DNA from: Candidatus Woesebacteria bacterium GW2011_GWB1_33_38
GTDB taxonomy: Bacteria; Patescibacteriota; Microgenomatia; UBA8517
Assembly: GCA_000990005.1 (NCBI GenBank)
Contig: LBPF01000006.1
Coordinates: 33,615 to 97,614, forward strand
Length of the DNA stretch: 64,000 nucleotides
Reading direction: 5' to 3'
Positions 56,041-64,000 of this stretch are shown here, in pieces (position 1 is the stretch's first letter; each line of letters starts with the position of its first letter). A program made the translations under genes and the position numbers. The notes below the pieces were generated by a model. It saw only the letters and a list, made by a program, of their open reading frames with translations, made no database searches and had not been told where the DNA came from.

Positions 56041-56613
56041 ATGACTGCAGAAAGACCTCACATTTTTATAGAAACCTTGTCAAATAAGCAGATAGTGTTA
56101 CTTCGTGATCTTTTCGAATTTAGAATTCGAAAAATAACATGGGACCTTGATGAAATACTAGCCGATACTCAAACTCCAGTTAAACAAGAATTTTATAATA
56201 AAACAGGTTTTGATTTTCAAGATAGACGAATCGATCAGTGGCTTGCACTGGCTCATTGGGCAAAAGCAAAAGGAGCAAATTTTGAAGAGGCTTCAAAAGA
56301 ACTTGCTGATGTTACTATACGCTGGCTAGATAATAATTATCCATGGATAGATGTAAAAAATATCTTTATTCGTTCCAATGTGCTTATGAATGGTGATGTT
56401 TTCAAGGGTCATGTAGCATGCCAGAATTGTTCAATGTTACATTTTGATGACTCCGTCTTATCCGCGACAGAAGTACTCAAACAGTCTGATGCTAATTTAA
56501 TGATTTTTCCTCGAGCTTTAGAAATGGGCAATTTTAAAAGTAACGGTAGAGTTATTGAATTTCCAGATATGAATTTGTGGTCTAGGTTATTTGGATTACA
56601 TCAAGATCATTAA
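56041..56613 (+). CDS. Hypothetical protein, possibly HAD-superfamily 5'(3')-deoxyribonucleotidase-like
   Basis: An early WDLDEILADT (DxD) motif. Confidence 0.35.
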   Translation: MTAERPHIFIETLSNKQIVLLRDLFEFRIRKITWDLDEILADTQTPVKQEFYNKTGFDFQDRRIDQWLALAHWAKAKGANFEEASKELADVTIRWLDNNYPWIDVKNIFIRSNVLMNGDVFKGHVACQNCSMLHFDDSVLSATEVLKQSDANLMIFPRALEMGNFKSNGRVIEFPDMNLWSRLFGLHQDH

Positions 56614-56652
56614 AGCTTGCAGGGTTTCACCCTGCAATGTCGTACAATGTTA

Positions 56653-56682
56653 TTGACATCTCGCCTCGATTACATGTAAACT
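56653..56682 (+). promoter_or_regulatory. Putative promoter of xer gene (TTGACA-18 nt-TAAACT), overlapped by the ATGTCGTACAAT motif
   Basis: Hexamer match only. Confidence 0.3.
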
Positions 56683-56693
56683 GATTTTAGACA

Positions 56694-57623
56694 ATGCCCA
56701 GTCAAAATAAAACTTCAGAAATTGCAAAAAAAATTGATGAATTCTTGGACTATTTAAGTGTTGAAAAGGGATCCTCTCCCCTAACGATTAGAAATTACAA
56801 ACATTACCTAACTAGGCTTATAAAATGGCTAAATGCTAAAAAGATAAATGCTAAATTAGAAAATATAAATCAAGAAGTTGTTCATGATTATCGCATATAT
56901 TTATCAAAACTTGGCTTGGGCAGAAAAACTCAAGGATACCATGCAATAGCACTTCGCTCATTTTTAAAGTGGCTTATAAGAAACGATTATCAAGTCTTAG
57001 CACCTGACAAAATTGATCTTCCAAAAATTCCTGAAAGGCAAGTCAAATTTTTGTCAGGTGAACAAATAGATAGGCTTCTTAATGCTCCTACACTTTCCAG
57101 TATTCAAGGGATTAGAGACAAAGCAATTCTTGAAGTTTTATTTTCAACAGGTCTTCGTGTATCTGAACTAACAAACCTTAATATTGAAAAAATTGATTTT
57201 GAGAGGCGTGAATTTGGAATTACAGGTAAGGGTGGTAGGGCCAGGGTTGTTTTTCTTTCATCTCGATCTGCTGATTACTTAAAAAAATATTTAAATGAGA
57301 GAAAAGATCATTTTAAACCGCTTTTTATCCGTCATAAAGGTTCAGTTGATCCAACAACTCCCGATGAAAAAATGCGCTTGACTCCCCGATCAGTGGAACG
57401 ATTGGTTAAAAAATATGTACACAAGATGAAGCTTCCTATTGAAGCTACACCCCATAGTATTCGTCACTCGTACGCGACCGATCTACTTATAGCAGGGGCT
57501 GACATTAGGTCAGTCCAGGAAATGTTGGGGCATAAAAACATTTCAACTACCCAGATTTATACACATGTCACCAATAAACAGCTTCATGAAATTCATGAAC
57601 AATTTCACGGGAGGGGTAAATAG
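56694..57623 (+). CDS. xerC: Tyrosine recombinase XerC/XerD family
   Basis: R…HxxR…Y catalytic residues (GLRVSEL, HSIRHSYAT, IYTHV) and a Xer-type N-terminal core-binding domain. Confidence 0.8.
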   Translation: MPSQNKTSEIAKKIDEFLDYLSVEKGSSPLTIRNYKHYLTRLIKWLNAKKINAKLENINQEVVHDYRIYLSKLGLGRKTQGYHAIALRSFLKWLIRNDYQVLAPDKIDLPKIPERQVKFLSGEQIDRLLNAPTLSSIQGIRDKAILEVLFSTGLRVSELTNLNIEKIDFERREFGITGKGGRARVVFLSSRSADYLKKYLNERKDHFKPLFIRHKGSVDPTTPDEKMRLTPRSVERLVKKYVHKMKLPIEATPHSIRHSYATDLLIAGADIRSVQEMLGHKNISTTQIYTHVTNKQLHEIHEQFHGRGK

Positions 57624-57625
57624 AA

Positions 57626-58639
57626 TTAGTTGAGTCTAAAATAATTATCAAGAGCGAATTTTAATTGATCGGTAAACATTTTTTTGAGATAAAAAAGATT
57701 GTTTTGCTCGTAAAATAGTAAAAGTGATCTTCGATATTCATTTACATCGACATTTCTATATGAAAGTGGAAAATAATCATATGCTAATAAAATTGCATTA
57801 GCTAGTGTTCTGGCGGTTCTTTTATTTCCATCGGCAAATGGTTGTAAATAGGCAATCATAGATGAAGCAATTAGTGCTTTTTCAGGAGGGAAAGCAGTTT
57901 TATTTATTACATCAATTATTTTCTTAAGATTATTTCCAAGTTCGATATTTTGTGATCTAATTCCGCTTGAAATTAAATTTTTTGTTAGTACTCCATGAAG
58001 CTGTATTACATCCGTAAAATTTAGTTCTTTGAAACTCTCTTTATTTTTTAAAATCGTATCAAATGCTTTCTTGTGATTTATAAGCATAACTGCTTCTTCA
58101 TGAGAATGACCTTTTGCCTCTATGTTTTGTGTAAACAATGTCTCAGTTTCCAAGAGATCATACGTATTTCCTTCAATTTGGGCGGATTTCCAGGAAAATT
58201 CAATAACAAATCGTTCCAGTTCTCTTTTATATATGCTTTTATCTAAATTTGTGATTCTGAATTTAAATTCTTTTGAAGAATCATTCCAAAACACAATTTC
58301 TTTATTTAAAAATAAATTTGTTAAATTTTTAAAAACATCGTTATCAAAACTAGGTTTGGCGTTTCTATTATCCATGTCGTTTTTAAAATAATTTTCGATA
58401 TCGATAAATTTTAAAAGTGGATTAGTTTTTTCCAATGAATATACTTTTGCTCTCGCAGAACCTGCCTGCATTATTAGGTTTTGATCAATCAGGTTATTAA
58501 GGTCACGAATTGCTGTGATTCTTGAAATTAACTTTTTTCCTGAGAGCAATTTTGTAATTTCAAGACGTGATAGACTACCTTTTCCTTCTAGGATATTAAG
58601 CATTTGTTTTTGTCTATCGTTTAATATCGTATCATTCAT
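57626..58639 (-). CDS. Fic-family protein with N-terminal winged-helix
   Basis: Fic motif QPFADGNKRTAR. Confidence 0.75.
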   Translation of the reverse strand: MNDTILNDRQKQMLNILEGKGSLSRLEITKLLSGKKLISRITAIRDLNNLIDQNLIMQAGSARAKVYSLEKTNPLLKFIDIENYFKNDMDNRNAKPSFDNDVFKNLTNLFLNKEIVFWNDSSKEFKFRITNLDKSIYKRELERFVIEFSWKSAQIEGNTYDLLETETLFTQNIEAKGHSHEEAVMLINHKKAFDTILKNKESFKELNFTDVIQLHGVLTKNLISSGIRSQNIELGNNLKKIIDVINKTAFPPEKALIASSMIAYLQPFADGNKRTARTLANAILLAYDYFPLSYRNVDVNEYRRSLLLFYEQNNLFYLKKMFTDQLKFALDNYFRLN

Positions 58640-58746
58640 GTTGTATAAATCGTATCATTTTTATTAAAGTTTAGCAACTTGAGGCTAAGTATCGTTTTAT
58701 TTTGATGCGTTTTTCGTATCATTTGTTAATTTGTTATACTTAATTT

Positions 58747-59733
58747 ATGAAAAAATTATTACAAAGTCCTAATTTTGTATTTCTTTTAGTTCTTCCAGTT
58801 TTTTTAATTGGTATGTATCTTGGTACTTATGGCTATTCTAAGTTTGTAAAGACTTCTTTTGATACAAAAACAACTAAGGTTGAGACTAACTATCCCCTAC
58901 CCGAAATAGTAGAAGAAAATAGAGTTACTACAAAAAATGCTAAATTTTTAAATGTTTTACTAACTGGTCATGGAGGTGTTGGTCATTCTGGTGGAGGTTT
59001 AATGGATGCTATTATGGTTGTGTCGGTTAATGTGACTGATAAAAAAGCAAGTATAATATCTTTTCCTCGTGATTTTTGGTTTTCAGGTCATAAAATAAAC
59101 GCTGACCCATCACTTAAAGATGCTCTTGTTGGGGTTACTGGACTTTCCATATCTAACTTTATATCTATAGACTTTATATCTTTCGTTAATATGATTAATT
59201 CTATAGGTGGAATAACAGTGGATGTTAAAAAAGCATATACTGACAATTTTTACCCCGTCAGGGGCAAGGAAAATGAATTATGTGGAATGAGTAACGAAAA
59301 AATTGCCGAGGTCCATAAACTCTATACAAACTTTGAACTAGAGAAACAGTTTACTTGTAGATATGAGACCATTTCATATAAAGTTGGTTTGAATAATATG
59401 AGCGGTGAAGAGGCATTAAAATATGTTAGAAGTAGACATGGTGGTAATGATTTTGAAAGAAGTAGGCACCAATTTGAAGCACTAAAAGCAATACTTCAAA
59501 AAGCCAACATAGCTTCAGTTTCAGAAGCCTTCAGTTTTGTAACAACAGATTTTACAATTGATAGTGTTAATAAAATGATTACTGAAATCGGAAACCCTTT
59601 GGAATATTCGATTTTCTATCTTGGTCTATCTGAGGAAAATGTTTTAGTTTCAGCTAAAAGTTCAGGGGGAGCTTACATTTTACAAACAAGAGAGGGACAA
59701 AATATCAAAGAATATATAAAAAACATCATCTAA
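58747..59733 (+). CDS. LytR-CpsA-Psr (LCP) family protein
   Basis: N-terminal transmembrane segment and LLTGHGGVGHSGGGLMDAIMVVSVN. Confidence 0.7.
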   Translation: MKKLLQSPNFVFLLVLPVFLIGMYLGTYGYSKFVKTSFDTKTTKVETNYPLPEIVEENRVTTKNAKFLNVLLTGHGGVGHSGGGLMDAIMVVSVNVTDKKASIISFPRDFWFSGHKINADPSLKDALVGVTGLSISNFISIDFISFVNMINSIGGITVDVKKAYTDNFYPVRGKENELCGMSNEKIAEVHKLYTNFELEKQFTCRYETISYKVGLNNMSGEEALKYVRSRHGGNDFERSRHQFEALKAILQKANIASVSEAFSFVTTDFTIDSVNKMITEIGNPLEYSIFYLGLSEENVLVSAKSSGGAYILQTREGQNIKEYIKNII

Positions 59734-59746
59734 GGATGTAAGAAAT

Positions 59747-60475
59747 CTATCTAACTTCGTAGAAAAGAGTAACTGTTACCTCAATTTCAGTTTCCCCTGG
59801 AGTAATGTTAGCTTCCGTTACGGGTTCGGAACCTGAAATTGCTTTGTCATACATTAAAATTGGTCTTGGTTCAAATCCTCCAGATTCACTAACATTAATT
59901 ATTTTACCTAGAGTAATTCCTGCTGATTTTGCTAAACCTTCCGCTTTTGTTTTTGCTTTTTCTACAGCTTCATCTCGAGCTTTACTAGTTAACTCTTCCT
60001 TAGTTTTGTCATTTACCTCAAAACTAATGTTTCCGATTATATTTGCACCAATCGAAGTAGCAACTGTTAAAACTTCATTAACTACTTCAAAATCAGTTAT
60101 TTTTATTTCATAACTGACAGATACTCTGTAACCATTTATTTTGTAAGAGCTATTTTGATAATCAAATTCAGGATATACGTTATAATTTATCGTTTTAATG
60201 TTCTTTTCATCAATTCCTAATTTTTTCAATTCATCAGTTAGTTTTTTTGATTTTGTGTTGACATTGTTTTGAACTTGTTTTAAGGTTGGACCTTGTTCTT
60301 CGATTCCAATTGTAACTTTGGCTATGTCAGGAGTAACCGCAACTTTTCCTGTTTCAGTTACCGTTAAAGGTTCGCCCTTTTGTTGAGAAAGGACTGAGAA
60401 TGGAATACTTGGCCCCCATTTGGAGTAAACAAAGAGAAGTACAAAAAATAAAAATACGCTTCCAATTTTCTTCAT
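59747..60475 (-). CDS. SIMPL/DUF541-domain secreted protein
   Basis: Signal-like N-terminus and SIMPL pattern. Confidence 0.6.
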   Translation of the reverse strand: MKKIGSVFLFFVLLFVYSKWGPSIPFSVLSQQKGEPLTVTETGKVAVTPDIAKVTIGIEEQGPTLKQVQNNVNTKSKKLTDELKKLGIDEKNIKTINYNVYPEFDYQNSSYKINGYRVSVSYEIKITDFEVVNEVLTVATSIGANIIGNISFEVNDKTKEELTSKARDEAVEKAKTKAEGLAKSAGITLGKIINVSESGGFEPRPILMYDKAISGSEPVTEANITPGETEIEVTVTLFYEVR

Positions 60476-60536
60476 AATATTAACTATATCAGAAAAATTT
60501 GACAAAAAGAAGTAAGAAGAGGTAAAATACCCCCAA

Positions 60537-60737
60537 ATGTTTGAAACAATTACAATTAAGAAAAATGTTTTAGATTTTAAACCACCTCAATTAACTTCGG
60601 AACAACTTGAAGAAGCAAGGGTTCGACTTCAAGTTTTAAATCAAATTAGTTTGAATCATGGTGCTGTGCCTGTTCAAGCACAAGTTGGTAAAGACGGTAA
60701 GATAATATCAATTACTGTTGAAGAAAAGAAAAAATAA
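60537..60737 (+). CDS. Hypothetical small protein
   Basis: ORF only. Confidence 0.35.
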   Translation: MFETITIKKNVLDFKPPQLTSEQLEEARVRLQVLNQISLNHGAVPVQAQVGKDGKIISITVEEKKK

Positions 60738-60738
60738 T

Positions 60739-63360
60739 TTAACTTTCTTCTTCCTCATCCCCTGTTTTTTCAAGGACTGTGGCGGCGGCTATTGAATCTT
60801 CCTTGTCTGCAAATCGCATGATAATTACTCCTTGTGTTGCTCTGCCTAATTGTGGAATGTTTTTAACAGGAAGTTTTATAACTTGGCCTTTTTTGCTAGT
60901 TATGACTAATTGATCTGATTTTTCAGTAACTAAACAGGCTACTGCCAAATCCCCAGTCTTTACTGAAACCACACACACCTTAACCCCTTTTCCTGCCCTT
61001 TTTTGAATCGGGAAAAGATCAAATCTCGTTCGTTTCCCAAGTCCGTGAAATGAAAGTGTCAAAATATCGCGAAAGACCTTTTTTCTTTTGTCTTCAAGAA
61101 TATCCAATTTTTCAGGAAATACTTCCATACCAATTATTTTGTCCCCACTTGCCATTTTAACTCCTGTTACCCCAGTTGTAGCCCTACCCATTGGTCTAAC
61201 GTTTCCTTCAGGGAATCTAATGGACATACCTTTTTGAGTTAAAAGCATAATATTGTCACTGCCGTATGTTAAATGAGCTGAAATGAGCATGTCCGTACCT
61301 TGTAATTTAATTGCAATAAGTCCATTTGTCCTTAAGTTTTCAAATTGTTTAAGTTCTGTCTTTTTGATAACTCCTGATGAGGTTGCTAGTATTAAATGCT
61401 TAGCCCCCGCTTCTTTATCCATTGGTAAAATAGATTTTATTTCTTCCCCTTGCTCAAGGTTTAAAAAATTAACAAGTGCTTGACCTTTTGCCTGTCTTGA
61501 GGATTCTGGTATTTCATATGCTTTTGCACCAAAGACACGGCCTTTATTAGTAAAGAATAATATCTGATCATGGGTTGAGGCGGTAACTAAATGATCAATT
61601 TCATCTTCTTCTTTGGTAGTCATTCCAATAACACCTTTTCCTCCCCTTCTTTGGGCCTTATAGGCGTTTCTGGAAACTCTTTTAATGTAACCAGTTCTTG
61701 TAACAGTTACTAAAACATCTTCTTTGGCAACTAAGTCTTCTTCAGAGAACTCCCCGATTTTACTTTTGTAAATTTTTGTTTTTCGGCTATCACCAAATTT
61801 GGCCTTTAGTTCACTAAGTTCATTACTGATAATTTCTAATATTCTTTGTGGGTCTTTTAATATAGCAATAAGTGAGTCAATTAACTTTTTAATTTCGTCA
61901 TATTCTTTTTCTATCTTTTCTCTTTCCAAAGCTGCCAATCTTCGAAGTTGCATATCAAGAATTGCGATTGACTGAATCTCAGAAAGTTTAAAGCGTTTCA
62001 TCAAGTTTTCTTTTGCTTCCTCTTGAGTTTTACTTTCTCTAATTGTTTTTACAACCTCGTCGAGGTTGTCAAGTGCAATTTTTAAGCCTTCTAAAATATG
62101 AGCTCTTCTTTTGGCCTCAGTTAGTTCAAAAATTGTTCTTCTAACTACTACTTTTTGTCTATGTTTTATATACTCTGTCAAAATCTGTTTTAAATTTAAG
62201 GTATGGGGAGTACCATCAACTAAAGCAACAAAGTTTGCAGGGAATGTTGTTTGAAGCCTGGTGTGTTTATAAATATTATTAAGAACTGATTTTGGTTTGG
62301 CATCTCTTTTTAAGTCAATTGCTACTCTCATTCCATCTTTGTCTGATTCATCTCGAAGATCAGCAATACCTATTAACTTTTTATCTTTTACAAGTTCTGC
62401 AATTTTGGCAACCATTTCCGCTTTATTAACTTGATATGGAATTTCAGAAATTATTATTTGAGTTTTTCCACTTTTATTTTCTTGAATTTCTGCAATTCCA
62501 CGAACAACAATTCTTCCCCTACCTGTTGCATAAACTTCCTTTAGAGAGTTTGCGTCATAGATTGCTCCTCCTGTTGGAAAATCAGGACCAGGTAGGATTT
62601 CACAAATTTCATCAATTGTTGTATCAGTCTCAAAAGAGATTGATTTAGGATCAACTTCTTCTTGTGTAAAACTTTTTTCTCCCCCTGATGCTATTAGATT
62701 TATCTTTTTAATAACAAATTCATTTTCTGAAGCATGGACTGTTTCATCCTCAATTGTAACTCTTCCCTTTTTAATCATCATAGTAATTGCATCAATTACT
62801 TCAGTTAAATTGTGTGGTGGAATTTTAGTAGCCATTCCAACAGCAATTCCTTCAGAACCCATAAGTAAAAGGTTAGGAAGAAGTGCTGGCATGAAAATAG
62901 GTTCTTTTAAAGTTGCATCAAAGTTGTCGATGTAATCAACTGTATCTTTTTCAATATCCATGAGTAAATATTCACTAATTGAGGATAATTTTACCTCAGT
63001 ATATCTCATGGCTGCGGCTGAGTCACCATCTACTGAACCAAAGTTACCCTGACCTCTAACAAGTGGATATCTCATTGAAAAATCTTGGGCCAAACGAACC
63101 ATGGTGTCATAAACAGCAGTATCTCCATGAGGATGATATTTACCTAAAACTTCTCCAACTACTTTAGCTGATTTAGTAAATGGTCCTGAATGTTTAAGTC
63201 CCATTTGAGCCATGGCGTAAAGAATTCTTCTGTGAACTGGTTTTAATCCATCTTTAACATCAGGGAGAGCGCGGGCAACAATAACACTCATGGCATAATC
63301 AACGTAAGATTTTGAAAGTTCTGCAGTTATTTCGGAGTTTATTATTTTACCTATGTCCAT
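60739..63360 (-). CDS. gyrA: DNA gyrase subunit A
   Basis: Active-site region, GyrA box and C-terminal beta-pinwheel repeats; the start is taken at MDIGKIIN. Confidence 0.9.
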   Translation of the reverse strand: MDIGKIINSEITAELSKSYVDYAMSVIVARALPDVKDGLKPVHRRILYAMAQMGLKHSGPFTKSAKVVGEVLGKYHPHGDTAVYDTMVRLAQDFSMRYPLVRGQGNFGSVDGDSAAAMRYTEVKLSSISEYLLMDIEKDTVDYIDNFDATLKEPIFMPALLPNLLLMGSEGIAVGMATKIPPHNLTEVIDAITMMIKKGRVTIEDETVHASENEFVIKKINLIASGGEKSFTQEEVDPKSISFETDTTIDEICEILPGPDFPTGGAIYDANSLKEVYATGRGRIVVRGIAEIQENKSGKTQIIISEIPYQVNKAEMVAKIAELVKDKKLIGIADLRDESDKDGMRVAIDLKRDAKPKSVLNNIYKHTRLQTTFPANFVALVDGTPHTLNLKQILTEYIKHRQKVVVRRTIFELTEAKRRAHILEGLKIALDNLDEVVKTIRESKTQEEAKENLMKRFKLSEIQSIAILDMQLRRLAALEREKIEKEYDEIKKLIDSLIAILKDPQRILEIISNELSELKAKFGDSRKTKIYKSKIGEFSEEDLVAKEDVLVTVTRTGYIKRVSRNAYKAQRRGGKGVIGMTTKEEDEIDHLVTASTHDQILFFTNKGRVFGAKAYEIPESSRQAKGQALVNFLNLEQGEEIKSILPMDKEAGAKHLILATSSGVIKKTELKQFENLRTNGLIAIKLQGTDMLISAHLTYGSDNIMLLTQKGMSIRFPEGNVRPMGRATTGVTGVKMASGDKIIGMEVFPEKLDILEDKRKKVFRDILTLSFHGLGKRTRFDLFPIQKRAGKGVKVCVVSVKTGDLAVACLVTEKSDQLVITSKKGQVIKLPVKNIPQLGRATQGVIIMRFADKEDSIAAATVLEKTGDEEEES

Positions 63361-63418
63361 ATATGTAATACACGGACACAAGCTTTGCTTATGTCCATAG
63401 CTTCAACATTGTAGCTGA

Positions 63419-63646
63419 TTACTTTTGGCCTGACAAGTAGCTTAATATGTAGTATGCAGGGTTGGTGTCGTCATAGTCTAAACTGTCTAATGAACTCGGA
63501 CAAAGAGCTTTTGCTTTAGCTTCACCTTCTCTTCGATACTTATCTGCCATCTCTTGTCTTGATAGATTTTCTGAAAATTGTATTCCAGCTAGTAAGTGTT
63601 CTCTTTTTTCTCGTTGTGCACGAATCCTTGGATGTTCAAATTCCAC
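63419..63646 (-). CDS. Hypothetical small protein
   Basis: ORF only. Confidence 0.3.
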   Translation of the reverse strand: MEFEHPRIRAQREKREHLLAGIQFSENLSRQEMADKYRREGEAKAKALCPSSLDSLDYDDTNPAYYILSYLSGQK

Positions 63647-63725
63647 CCTTGAAAGGTACTAAAAAATATCTACTATCTACAACTGGCAAAATTTTGATAA
63701 AATAATAATATCCCCCGCTAATAAT

Positions 63726-64000
63726 TTAACGAATTGCTGAAGAGACTGCTTTTACTACTCCTTTTTCAAATGGGCTGGGGATGATTTTTTTAGCTGTTGG
63801 GGTTTTAACTAATTTAGAAAGATTAATAGCAGCAGAAATTAACATCTTATTTGTTATCTTTTTAACTTTGTTATCAAGTGCACCTCTAAAAATTCCCGGA
63901 AAAGCTAGGACATTATTAATCTGATTGTTAAAATCACTTCTTCCTGTTGCAATAACTTTTGCTCCACCTAATTTTGCTTCATCAGGCATTATTTCTGGAG
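63726..64000 (-). CDS. NAD(P)-dependent malic enzyme, C-terminal part (gene continues beyond window)
   Basis: VIATGRSDFNNQINNVLAFPGIFRGALD matches the malic enzyme NAD-binding domain. Confidence 0.7.
   Translation of the reverse strand, partial: PEIMPDEAKLGGAKVIATGRSDFNNQINNVLAFPGIFRGALDNKVKKITNKMLISAAINLSKLVKTPTAKKIIPSPFEKGVVKAVSSAIR

Overview
This is a low-GC (about 33%), gene-dense bacterial chromosomal segment. The gene content looks like a reduced-genome, Patescibacteria/CPR-type organism, for example a short ProRS without an editing domain, a short EF-Ts, formiminotransferase and cyclodeaminase split into two genes, and an RF1 lacking domain 1. Most of the window is housekeeping. The left end carries a partial capA-like gene, tRNA-Tyr and tRNA-Thr, an M50 protease, rpmB and fmt-def. 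Then come mreB and mrdA (PBP2), followed by dprA and topA. After these come a SAM methyltransferase, an HTH-NUDIX gene preceded by a 4x 24-bp tandem repeat, and a nucleotide-salvage cluster (dCMP deaminase, P-loop kinase, MazG-like, tmk). These are followed by ftcD-like genes, rpsB-tsf-frr-rseP-proS, ybeY and dnaX-ybaB-recR, then cysS, an ABC-F ATPase, ychF and rpsF-ssb-rpsR. Then come ctpA and a truncated prfA overlapping rpmE, then a DMT transporter and a frameshifted hisS. Further right are dnaB, an HTH regulator, efp, several transporters, yebC, xerC, a Fic gene, an LCP-family gene, gyrA and a partial malic enzyme gene. At least four type II toxin-antitoxin pairs are interspersed (HicAB, HigB/HTH, VapBC, DinJ/YafQ-like), along with two orphan AbrB/SpoVT-type small genes that the ORF track missed. 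Three further tRNAs not in the ORF track were found by eye (two more are listed above): a tRNA-His that encodes G-1 and CCA and has an unusual T-loop, and a tRNA-Leu. The main non-routine observations follow. (1) A paired 13-bp palindrome AAGGTCNGACCTT recurs at three gene 3' ends immediately upstream of promoters. (2) A GIY-YIG gene sits between tRNA-Leu and a duplicated copy of the tRNA 5' end that is interrupted by a GC-rich palindrome; the same palindrome occurs again at 29.3 kb. (3) A consensus sigma-70 promoter drives a structured transcript of about 165 nt, with an intrinsic terminator, just upstream of tRNA-His. (4) An uncharacterised gene of 435 aa plus 103 aa, probably frameshift-fused, lies with a NYN-domain nuclease gene between tRNA-His and hisS. 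(5) A 770-bp ORF-free AT-rich repeat region lies beside the single xer recombinase gene and a HAD/Fic cluster. (6) A 14-mer ATAAGCAAAGCTTG recurs after stop codons. No rRNA genes or CRISPR arrays were seen.
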